Below, in pieces: positions 17,536-25,439 of a stretch of 64,000 nt of DNA. This stretch comes from Gordonibacter sp. 28C (GTDB lineage: Bacteria > Actinomycetota > Coriobacteriia > Coriobacteriales > Eggerthellaceae): contig NZ_PPTR01000004.1 in assembly GCF_003339845.1 (NCBI RefSeq), positions 167,719 to 231,718 of the forward strand, written 5' to 3'. The notes under the pieces were generated by a model. The model made no database searches. It was given only the letters and a program-made list of their open reading frames with translations, and was not told the DNA's origin. Positions within the stretch are counted from its first letter, which is position 1, and the number at the start of each line of letters is the position of its first letter. The position numbers were made by a program, and so were the translations under genes.

Positions 17536-17799
17536 CCGGTCGGATCCGCGCGGTGCGGCGGGGACATCTACAGCCTCTACCGCGTCGAGGGGTCGGCCTT
17601 CGGTGACTTCACGTGCTACCGGGTCGGACGCGCGCCCTACAACGGGACGCTCTACCTTCCCGCGGGGTTCCACGATTACGGCATCGCCACCCTGCGCGGG
17701 CTTTTCGCCGCGCTCGAGGGCGGACAGTGCGAATTCCTGTGCGAATACCAGGACGAGATCGATGGGGTCTATCACGGGCTCTTCGAGAAGAGGATCTAA
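17536..17799 (+). other. start-less 87-codon protein-like ORF in frame with the upstream gene (TAG-interrupted gene / possible readthrough or pseudogene)
   Basis: Frame PVGSARCGGDIYSLYRVEGSAFGDFTCYRVGRAPYNGTLYLPAGFHDYGIATLRGLFAALEGGQCEFLCEYQDEIDGVYHGLFEKRI contains no ATG/GTG/TTG codon. It has strong GC3 coding character. Confidence 0.45.
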
Positions 17800-17800
17800 G

Positions 17801-18244
17801 ATGAAGGGAACGGACATGCAGACCATCCACACCAAGGCAGGCTTCAAGGTGCTGCGCGAGAGCCTGGGGCTCTACCAGTCCGACGTCGCGCAGGCCGCGG
17901 GCGTCGACGTGAAGACCGTCAAGAACTGGGAGAGCCCGCGCCTGCCGCGGTGCCGCGCCACGGCCGAGGCATGGAAGTACCTCGAGAACCTAGCAGAAGT
18001 CCAGGACCGCGAGGTCGGGTGCTTGGTGGAGAAGATTGTCGGCGAGACGGACGTCAACCCCTACCCGCTCCCCTACTTCCGCGAGCAGGACTTAGCCGCG
18101 GAGGATGCGCGCGCGGCGCGGATCTCGAACGCCATGACCAGAAAGGTGGCCTTTGAGCTCACCAGGTTGGCCATCCCCTACGAGTTCCGCTTCGAGGAGG
18201 AGGCCGCGGACGATGAGCGGCTGAGCGAGATCCGGGATATGTAG
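17801..18244 (+). CDS. XRE-family HTH transcriptional regulator
   Basis: LGLYQSDVAQAAGVDVKTVKNWES is an HTH. AGAGGA RBS. 147 aa. Confidence 0.8.
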   Translation: MKGTDMQTIHTKAGFKVLRESLGLYQSDVAQAAGVDVKTVKNWESPRLPRCRATAEAWKYLENLAEVQDREVGCLVEKIVGETDVNPYPLPYFREQDLAAEDARAARISNAMTRKVAFELTRLAIPYEFRFEEEAADDERLSEIRDM

Positions 18245-18281
18245 GCAGTCGTTATTGAGCCGGTACCGTGGAGGTGCCGGC

Positions 18282-18804
18282 TCATATTAGAAAAGAGCTC
18301 CGGTTGCCCGAAGCCCCTGTCTCAATGATGTCGATGAGTACGTCTGGCAGGCACAGGTAACTCTCTGTCGCCACTTTGCCGCCCGGCCCGGTGAAAAGCA
18401 TGGAAGACGGGGTTTCCACCGTTTGCGTCGAACGCGCGGCCATCGGCGAGCGCGACGGAAAGCTCCTCGAGCCCGTCGATGAGATGATCGGCGTTCGCAA
18501 CGCCGCATATGTCGTAGGATGCGAGGTCGCTCCATATCTCGAAGCGCCTATACCACGACATCGACGCGATTTGACCATCGACGAGACTTGCAGCCTCCGA
18601 TGCGACCTGCTCGCCGAAATCTTCGGTGACGCAGGCAAGAAACGCGCTTCGCGTATCCGATACGAAATCCTCGGCCGTGTAGGCCGACGTCACGGTAAAG
18701 CTGGACTCCACGATGCCGGTCTCGCTATCCTTCGTCTCGGTAAGGATGCCAAAATCAAGCGCCGGGGCGGTTACACAACGAAGGCCACGACGGCGACCAC
18801 CCAT
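18282..18804 (-). CDS. hypothetical protein, possibly frameshifted near 18400
   Basis: From the ATG at 18804, MGGRRRGLRCVTAPALDFGILTETKDSETGIVESSFTV… is protein-like until ~18400. A second minus frame ending at 18282 (…ESYLCLPDVLIDIIETGASGNRSSFLI) then looks more protein-like than the first frame's tail. Strand assignment against the antisense plus ORF is uncertain. Confidence 0.3.
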
Positions 18805-19014
18805 GACTTCCTGCCGTTAGATACTCTCAGCCAGGCGCAGGTATCCGCGAAGCTCTCGCCTCGCGAAGTTCAGGCTTGAACGAAAATCACCGTTTACAAA
18901 AGGCCCGCCAATCTCACGCTCGCCGACAAATACCGTCGCCATATAGCTTTGCATACCCATATCGAGTCCCTTCTGAATATCTGCTTGTCCCTATTGATTG
19001 GATGCCAGGGCAAA

Positions 19015-19446
19015 TCACGCGGTCGGGGTGCCTAGGTCGGTTTCGGCCAGGACGTCGCGGATATCCGCCACATCCCTCACTGCCATGACGATGCACCTGA
19101 TCGATACCGCCGCCGCGACCACGGATGTCAGGAGGACTGCCACGCCGACGTCGTGGGCCCAGATGACAATCCCCACAGCCATAGTGATGGCGAGGCCAAC
19201 GATCCAGCAGATGAGCGCGTTGCGCGACTCGTCGAGATACGATCGCGCATAGACCTCCAAAATCTCGCGGTCGATGCCCATCTTGCCGAACCTGTCGATG
19301 TATCTGGACATCCTCGACGACATGCCGTGCTCGGTCCATGCAACCATTTTCAGAAAACCCATGGTCGCAATCGCCGCGTTGAATGCCATGGCCATGCAAG
19401 GAACCAGGTCGATATTTTCACTGATGAACGGCGCCATGCGGACCAT
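19015..19446 (-). CDS. hypothetical membrane protein (2-3 TM)
   Basis: Start MVRMAPF after GGGAGGGG. TM helices ICWIVGLAITMAVGIVIW and VGVAVLLTSVVAAAVSI. Confidence 0.6.
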   Translation of the reverse strand: MVRMAPFISENIDLVPCMAMAFNAAIATMGFLKMVAWTEHGMSSRMSRYIDRFGKMGIDREILEVYARSYLDESRNALICWIVGLAITMAVGIVIWAHDVGVAVLLTSVVAAAVSIRCIVMAVRDVADIRDVLAETDLGTPTA

Positions 19447-19469
19447 CCCCTCCCGTTTCGTCTCTATTC

Positions 19470-19530
19470 GATGTGAGTCTACCCATATGCGCATGTACGT
19501 AAACGCATAGACGCGCATATACATATATGT
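19470..19530 (-). promoter_or_regulatory. conserved island promoter/operator module, copy D
   Basis: GAGTCTACCCATATGCGCATGTACGTAAACGCATAGACGCGCATATAC, just upstream of the 19446 start. Confidence 0.5.
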
Positions 19531-19552
19531 GTGGACGTGCGAGCGGGGCGGC

Positions 19553-20110
19553 CTATTGCAGGCCCGGGTTCACGATGCAGTAGCATCGCTCCGACCTCGG
19601 CTCCTTCTCGCCGGGCGCCATCACCTTGACCGTGACCGGAACCGTCTCAGAATCGGGGGCGAACGCCGTGAACGACTTCAATTTCCCGCCCGGCTCGATC
19701 TGCTTCTGCGCCCGCTGGTCCTGCACCTTGTAGGACCTGTCGAGCTTGATCCCGTCCTGGTATGCGTTGATGTCGGTATAGGGTGCGACAGTGTCCGAGT
19801 CCGTGACGTTCTCGAAGGTATAGGCAACCCGGATGTAGCGGAACGGCTTGCCGTCCGGCCCCGTGCCTTCCTCGATCGTCACGCGGTCGATCGAGATGCC
19901 GTCCACGGACGCCTGGGCGGACTGCTGCGGCGCGAACGGCGACGAGGTGCCGGCATCGCCCGACTTCCCGGCGCCGCCGTCGGAGGAGCCGGCGTCCGGC
20001 GCCCCGTTCCTCACGCAGCCCGCGAGTCCGGTCTGCGCCGCCATGACCGCGAGGCCCACGAACGCTCGCCTCGTCATCGCCGTCATCGTATAGACATTCT
20101 TCCCCGTCAC
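19553..20110 (-). CDS. lipoprotein (signal peptide with lipobox LAGC)
   Basis: MTRRAFVGLAVMAAQTGLAGC…. GTG start with an AAGGAG RBS. Overlaps the upstream gene by 4 nt. Confidence 0.75.
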   Translation of the reverse strand: MTGKNVYTMTAMTRRAFVGLAVMAAQTGLAGCVRNGAPDAGSSDGGAGKSGDAGTSSPFAPQQSAQASVDGISIDRVTIEEGTGPDGKPFRYIRVAYTFENVTDSDTVAPYTDINAYQDGIKLDRSYKVQDQRAQKQIEPGGKLKSFTAFAPDSETVPVTVKVMAPGEKEPRSERCYCIVNPGLQ

Positions 20111-20931
20111 CTGTGAATCTCCTTTATGCTCTTCAAAATGGGGGCGGTGCAGACGCGGTGCCGAGTCTCACGTATCGCAGCGCGCCCGGCCTCGTCCTGC
20201 ATGAGCTTCGGTCTCCCCTCGCGAAAGGCCGCGGCCCTTCTCGCCGCCGCGGCGAATTTCCGCTCGGCCTCGTCGAAGTCGATATCGCGCCACGCGCGAT
20301 CCCCGCCCGTGCCGGATATGAAAACCGACGGCACGACATGGCTGCTGTCCGCATAGTCCGCCGGGACGGACATCTCCGCATAGCCCGACGGCTCGCTGCC
20401 GTTCGGCAGCCGGTACACGACGAGCTCCTGCTTCCTGCGTTTGCTCACACGGCGCTCGCACAGCTCGGGATGGAACGCCTCGTACGCCATGGCGCTATAT
20501 GGGGAGCAGGAGAAGCGGTACTCGAATAGGCATTCCGCTTCCCTCCGATGCCGTTCCGCCTCCTGCACCCGGGTCGCAGCCTGCGCCCGGATCCGGTCGC
20601 GCTCGGCCGCCTCCTCGGGCCCGAGCTCGCGGAACGCCCCGACCACGGCGGCCTCGTCCAGGGCGAAGAACTCCGTCTCGCGGGCGTAGGCGCCGGTGTG
20701 GTGCCAGGACGAGTAGGCGATGAACCGGTCGAAGAGCGCAGCCTTGGTCTCGGACTCGACCGCAGGGTCGTAGAGCAGGTCCATCTCATCGCAGTAGCCC
20801 CTCAAGGCGCCGAGGATCGCCGCCTTGGTCCATTTCGAGCGGGGCATCTCCCCCGCCTCGTAGGCCGCCCGCGCGTTCACGCTCATGGAAGCGCCGCTGT
20901 ATCCCTTTTGCCCGTAGGCCACCCTAGACAT
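20107..20931 (-). CDS. hypothetical protein
   Basis: 274-aa protein-like ORF. A degenerate island promoter (CAGCTGGGACGGTACACAT) lies upstream. Confidence 0.6.
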   Translation of the reverse strand: MSRVAYGQKGYSGASMSVNARAAYEAGEMPRSKWTKAAILGALRGYCDEMDLLYDPAVESETKAALFDRFIAYSSWHHTGAYARETEFFALDEAAVVGAFRELGPEEAAERDRIRAQAATRVQEAERHRREAECLFEYRFSCSPYSAMAYEAFHPELCERRVSKRRKQELVVYRLPNGSEPSGYAEMSVPADYADSSHVVPSVFISGTGGDRAWRDIDFDEAERKFAAAARRAAAFREGRPKLMQDEAGRAAIRETRHRVCTAPILKSIKEIHR

Positions 20932-21129
20932 GTCCGACCTTTCGCGCGGATGTGTACCGTCCCAGCTGTTTCTACCCCGTGCGCGGGAAGTCTTTCACTC
21001 GATTCGAGCCGGTGCGGGGGCATTTTTATCCGTCGAGTTTCGGTAGGGGCGTGTAAAGCGCGGCGGGGGCGGGTATCAAAGCTGCTGTGTATGCCAATTC
21101 CAATAAAGAGGTGGTCCATGTCCGACCCG

Positions 21130-22320
21130 ATCGCCGCGGCCGAAGCCGCCGGCAAAGCCCGCGATATCGCCAACCGCTTCGAGACCGCCGTATTCCTCAT
21201 CGCATACGGCATCGCCGAGAAGGACGGCCTCTACGAGGCCGACCCGCATAGGTATCCCTACAGCCAGGCATTCAGACACGGCATGAATATCCTCGCCGCG
21301 CTGTGCGCTGAGTGCTCCGACGATGCGGAAAAGCTGCTGCCGACGTTCAATGAGTCCGATTTCATCAGGAACAGCGCAGCGTCAGACGTGCGCGAGTGGA
21401 CGGCCCGGTGGCGCGACGAGTGCAGGAAAGCCGTCGAAGGGTGCCGGTCCATCGAGATCGGGCCCCTGGCGTCAGTAGACGGCGACTACTTCGCCGCGAC
21501 GTCGGAATGCTACGAGGTGCTGCGCTTTGCGGAAAACGACCTCTTGGGCGGCCATCAGGAACGCAGGGTGTATGAATTCCTCCGAGCCGGCACCCAGGAT
21601 CAATACGTGTACGGACGCAGGATGCTCATCCGCCACCCGCTGCTCACCTGGAACGAATACGTCAGGATCAAGACGGGGCTCGCCCTGGGCGACCCCGACC
21701 CCCTCGACCAGGGCGAAGCCGACACCATCGACCCGGTGTGGTTGCAGGAATTCGTCTCCATGGCCTACGAACCCGTCCCGGGCGCCGCAAAAGTATGCCC
21801 GAATTGCGGCTGGACGATGACCATGCGAGGCAAGCAGCCCCACTGCTCATCGGCGACGTGCGCCAAGGCCGTCACAGGCGATTTCGACAAGCTGGACAGC
21901 GTCGCGCACGACGCCTTCCGCCTATCCCGCGGCGTCATGCACTACATCTCTTCCCCCGGAAAGCTCGAGCTGGCGATCGCCGAGGCCGCAGCGGGCCTCG
22001 GTCTGAAATACGAAATGTGGCCCCTCAAGGACACCTGCGACATCCTGATCCATCTGCCGGACGGCCGACAGCTTGCCGTCGACGCCAAGGCATACGGCCG
22101 CGCCGAGCGGCTTGCCCGCGAGATAGAGGACGACACCGGCATCGCCCAGATGTGCGCGGACGAGGTGGCCTATGTCGTGCCGGACCAAGTCGAACGGGAC
22201 CATCCCGGATATCGCGCGCTATGCAATGCCGTCCTGCGCGGCAAGACCGGCTATTCATGCGAAACGCTGCGCAACTTCTCGAAACGACTCGATGCCGCCG
22301 CGAAGGGAGGCACGCGATGA
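21130..22320 (+). CDS. Zn-ribbon protein with PD-(D/E)xK-like nuclease motif; candidate pPIWI-RE-associated REase
   Basis: True start MSDPIAAAEAAG (AAAGAGGTGG RBS). CPNCGWTMTMRGKQPHCSSATC zinc ribbon. C-terminal …DTCDILIHLPDGRQLAVDAKAYGR… fits D…(D/E)xK. Its stop overlaps the next gene's start. Confidence 0.6.
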   Translation: MAAAEAAGKARDIANRFETAVFLIAYGIAEKDGLYEADPHRYPYSQAFRHGMNILAALCAECSDDAEKLLPTFNESDFIRNSAASDVREWTARWRDECRKAVEGCRSIEIGPLASVDGDYFAATSECYEVLRFAENDLLGGHQERRVYEFLRAGTQDQYVYGRRMLIRHPLLTWNEYVRIKTGLALGDPDPLDQGEADTIDPVWLQEFVSMAYEPVPGAAKVCPNCGWTMTMRGKQPHCSSATCAKAVTGDFDKLDSVAHDAFRLSRGVMHYISSPGKLELAIAEAAAGLGLKYEMWPLKDTCDILIHLPDGRQLAVDAKAYGRAERLAREIEDDTGIAQMCADEVAYVVPDQVERDHPGYRALCNAVLRGKTGYSCETLRNFSKRLDAAAKGGTR

Positions 22321-25300
22321 ACGAGCCGAATGATACAGCCCAGGAAGGCTTCGACCAGCTGAAGCGCAATCTCGAGGTGCGCTATCCCGAGGACAGCGAC
22401 CTATCCCTCGACGAGTTCCTGAATGTGGAGTCGCTGCTCGCGCTCGCGGTACGCGTATGCGGTCCCGGCGCCGATCCCCGAAAGGCCGACAGGCTCCTAT
22501 CGAACTACCAGCTCATCAGGCCCGAGACCATCGGCGCGGACGGCCACCTCATGCAGATGGCGCGCCGACACCTGTTCTCGCTGGCTTCATCCACGGCCTG
22601 GCGGCGACTGCTGGGCCTCTACGAGCGCGCGGAATATGAGCGGTACCGGTTCTTCGATATCGCCGACGGCGGAATGGCCCTGCGCGAGCACCCCCTTACC
22701 GGGATCGACCGCATGCCGATCTATATAGACCGCCTCCTCGGCGATGTCAAACTCTCCCATAAAAACGTGGTCGCGAGACCCAAAGGACGGTATTCCTACA
22801 CATGCAAGCCCGAGGCGACCGGCGATACCACGGTAACCGGATCGATCCGTTGGGTGACCATACCCGATGCCGTGCCGCCCCAAACGGGCAAGATTGACGA
22901 TATCCCCCGCAAGAGCAGGCGCCCGCCCATCGATATCACCCTCGACGAGCTCATCTCGACCGCGGACGAAGTCGGGGAGAAGACCGGAAAGACCCACTAC
23001 GCTGCCGTGCTCAGAAGGGTCAAGGACCAGGGGCTCCTCAAGCAGGCCGTCGGCGGCAGCACATCCGTCGCCGACGGCCTGCGCCTCGATGAGGTCGTGA
23101 GCCTCGTCGGCCTCGTCGGCGCCGGCAAGTCCGTCCTCGCCAACATGCTCATCGTCTGCCTCGCGAAGCGCGGCCTGCGCGCGGTATCCCTGCTCAACTC
23201 GGTATCGGACGTGATGGAAAGCGTCGTCCTGCTTCGCGAGGCGGGAATCAGCGCCTCGCCCCTGGTGTCGCGCGGCAGGCGCATCGAACGGCTCGACGAG
23301 TTCTTCGACCACGATGACTCCATGCTCCTCGGCCATTCCGCATCCAAATACCTGGAGACCGCCTGCATCATGGACGGGCTCTCCTCTTCCGATTCCGAGG
23401 CCTGCGGATACGGCAGCACGCCATGCCGCGGCCTCCGGTCCAAGAAGGGCGGCGCGAACTCATGCCCGTACTGGGACGTGTGCCCATCGCAGGCCATGGC
23501 CCGCGAGTCCCTGACATCCGACGTCGTGGTCACGACTCCCACCGGCTTCGCCACCATGATCGTCGGAAGGGAGCGCAAGGCATTCTTCGAGGAGGCCCTT
23601 CAGCAGTTCGACGTCGTCCTGTTCGATGAGGCGGACCGCGTGCAGGCGCAGCTCGACGGCTGCTTCGCCCCTAGCATGAGCTTCCAGGAGCTCATCCGCA
23701 ACGCCGCCGACCCGACAGCCGCAGCCATGAAGCGGCGCCCGGACGACAAGATGAGGGACTTCAACGAGGAGCTTTTCTACGACCTGCGCCAGAAATCCGA
23801 GCCCGTCGCGAAGGCGCTGCTCAAATCCGTCAGGGACGACCGCGTGGCGAAATGGCGCATCGTCAAGGACGAGGCGTTCACGTCACTCTCGCTTCTGAAC
23901 GACCTCCTGGAGCAGGGCCTTCCCAAACAGGTTTACGAGGATGCCGACAAACTCATCAACCCCTATAGATTCGAGATTGCCAAGAAGAGCCTCGATGGCG
24001 GCGATGCGGCCCTCAACAAGCTCTCGCAGGCGGTCGCGACCTCCTGCGAGGGCATCGACGACGACACCCACAGCTACTCGTTGAACGAATACCTCGCTGC
24101 ACGCGGATGCTCGGAGCTTCCCGACGAGCTGCGGACCAGGTTCTCCTTCGCCCTCAAGGTCATCCGGTTCGACTCGTATCTGCGCGAACTCGCCTCCGCG
24201 CAGGACCTCCTCAGCTTCAAGGACGATTCCGTCGACGAGCTGTACAACTTCCTCAAGTTCAGCTACACGCGCCAGCAGCACTATCTCCCCAACTCGCTGA
24301 TCGGCAACATCTTCGGGATGAAGCTCGACGGCAACGACCTCAGGCTTTTCCGGCAGTTCGCCTTCGGGCGGGCCTTCATGTGCTCGCTGCCCTGGCTCGA
24401 TACCGACCCCGCCGGGGCGGCGCTGGGGCCGCACGTGCTCCTGCTCTCCGGTTCGAGCTGGGAGCCCGGCTGCCTGCAATACCACGTGAACAGGCCGGTC
24501 GACTACCTCCTCGAGGCGGAGCCGTGGAAGGCGGCCAAGCTCTCCACCTCGACCGTGAGGGACCTCGGCATCGAGCAGAACGTGTCCGGCAGCGCCGCCG
24601 AGATGCGTTCCGGCAACCTCGGCATCGTCCTATCCCAGACCATGGCCACGCTGAGGGACGAACTCGACGCGGATGGCGCGGGAAAGGCCCTGGTCATCGT
24701 GAACAGCTACCGGGAGGCCGAGGACGCACGCGACCGCATCGAGCAAGAGTTCCGACGCAAGGGCCAGGCAATCAAGGTCGCGGCCCTGGTGCGCAACAAC
24801 CACGAGCACAGGGAGCACTTCGTGCCCCGGAGCGAAGTCTACAAGTTCTGCGATCATCCGGCCAAAGTGCTCGTGGCGCCGGCCATGGCCATCGAGCGCG
24901 GATTCAATATCGTCGACCGCGGCGGCCATGCCGTGTTCACGAGCCTCATCTTCTCGGTGCGCCCGATGGGCACACCGCACGACCTCGGCGGGCGATACCG
25001 CAAGCTCAACGGCCTCATCGAAAGGGAGGTCGGCGACTACCCGGCCAATCCCGGGGAGTTCGCGACCGAGGTCAGGGCCTCCGCCTGGCGCACATGGAAG
25101 ACCATGGAGCGGGACGAGAACCTTCCCATGGGCGCATGGAGGACCATGGGAAGGCAATTCCTCGTAGACGACGCGATCTCCACGCTCATGGTCACGATCA
25201 TCCAGATATTCGGGCGCCTGGCGAGGCTTGCCGATAAGGAGAGGCCCGCGCCGCATGTCTATTTCGCCGATGCGGCCTTCCGCGGCGGCGACGGGAAGCT

Positions 25301-25439
25301 CTCGTTCAGGACCCTGGAAGAGCTTGGCGCCTACATGGAACGCCTCATGCACGATAGCGACCAGCCGGAGGTCGCCAAAGCCCTTTACGGGCCGTTCTAC
25401 GAGTCATTCAGGAAAGGAATCGGAAATGTCGGACTCTAA
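22317..25439 (+). CDS. DinG/XPD-family superfamily-2 helicase with Fe-S cluster insertion
   Basis: Walker A GLVGAGKS and Cys cluster C-x13-C-x6-C-x12-C-x5-C between the motifs. VVVTTPTG, DEAD box (VLFDEADRV). 1041 aa. Start ATGA overlaps the upstream stop. Confidence 0.85.
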   Translation: MNEPNDTAQEGFDQLKRNLEVRYPEDSDLSLDEFLNVESLLALAVRVCGPGADPRKADRLLSNYQLIRPETIGADGHLMQMARRHLFSLASSTAWRRLLGLYERAEYERYRFFDIADGGMALREHPLTGIDRMPIYIDRLLGDVKLSHKNVVARPKGRYSYTCKPEATGDTTVTGSIRWVTIPDAVPPQTGKIDDIPRKSRRPPIDITLDELISTADEVGEKTGKTHYAAVLRRVKDQGLLKQAVGGSTSVADGLRLDEVVSLVGLVGAGKSVLANMLIVCLAKRGLRAVSLLNSVSDVMESVVLLREAGISASPLVSRGRRIERLDEFFDHDDSMLLGHSASKYLETACIMDGLSSSDSEACGYGSTPCRGLRSKKGGANSCPYWDVCPSQAMARESLTSDVVVTTPTGFATMIVGRERKAFFEEALQQFDVVLFDEADRVQAQLDGCFAPSMSFQELIRNAADPTAAAMKRRPDDKMRDFNEELFYDLRQKSEPVAKALLKSVRDDRVAKWRIVKDEAFTSLSLLNDLLEQGLPKQVYEDADKLINPYRFEIAKKSLDGGDAALNKLSQAVATSCEGIDDDTHSYSLNEYLAARGCSELPDELRTRFSFALKVIRFDSYLRELASAQDLLSFKDDSVDELYNFLKFSYTRQQHYLPNSLIGNIFGMKLDGNDLRLFRQFAFGRAFMCSLPWLDTDPAGAALGPHVLLLSGSSWEPGCLQYHVNRPVDYLLEAEPWKAAKLSTSTVRDLGIEQNVSGSAAEMRSGNLGIVLSQTMATLRDELDADGAGKALVIVNSYREAEDARDRIEQEFRRKGQAIKVAALVRNNHEHREHFVPRSEVYKFCDHPAKVLVAPAMAIERGFNIVDRGGHAVFTSLIFSVRPMGTPHDLGGRYRKLNGLIEREVGDYPANPGEFATEVRASAWRTWKTMERDENLPMGAWRTMGRQFLVDDAISTLMVTIIQIFGRLARLADKERPAPHVYFADAAFRGGDGKLSFRTLEELGAYMERLMHDSDQPEVAKALYGPFYESFRKGIGNVGL

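Noticed and set aside
18376-18879. 167-aa plus-strand ORF antisense to the 18282..18804 gene
   Set aside because: Codon-aligned antisense frame. Its translation contains Arg-rich and Thr-run junk segments, and the minus frame is more protein-like, though this call is low-confidence.
20548-25439. Very long N-terminal extensions of the ORF-track entries (590-aa and 1233-aa versions)
   Set aside because: The upstream parts overlap a convergent gene or the preceding gene in another frame and translate to Arg/Pro/Gly-rich noise. Internal starts with RBS and translational coupling (21130, 22317, 25426) are far better supported.
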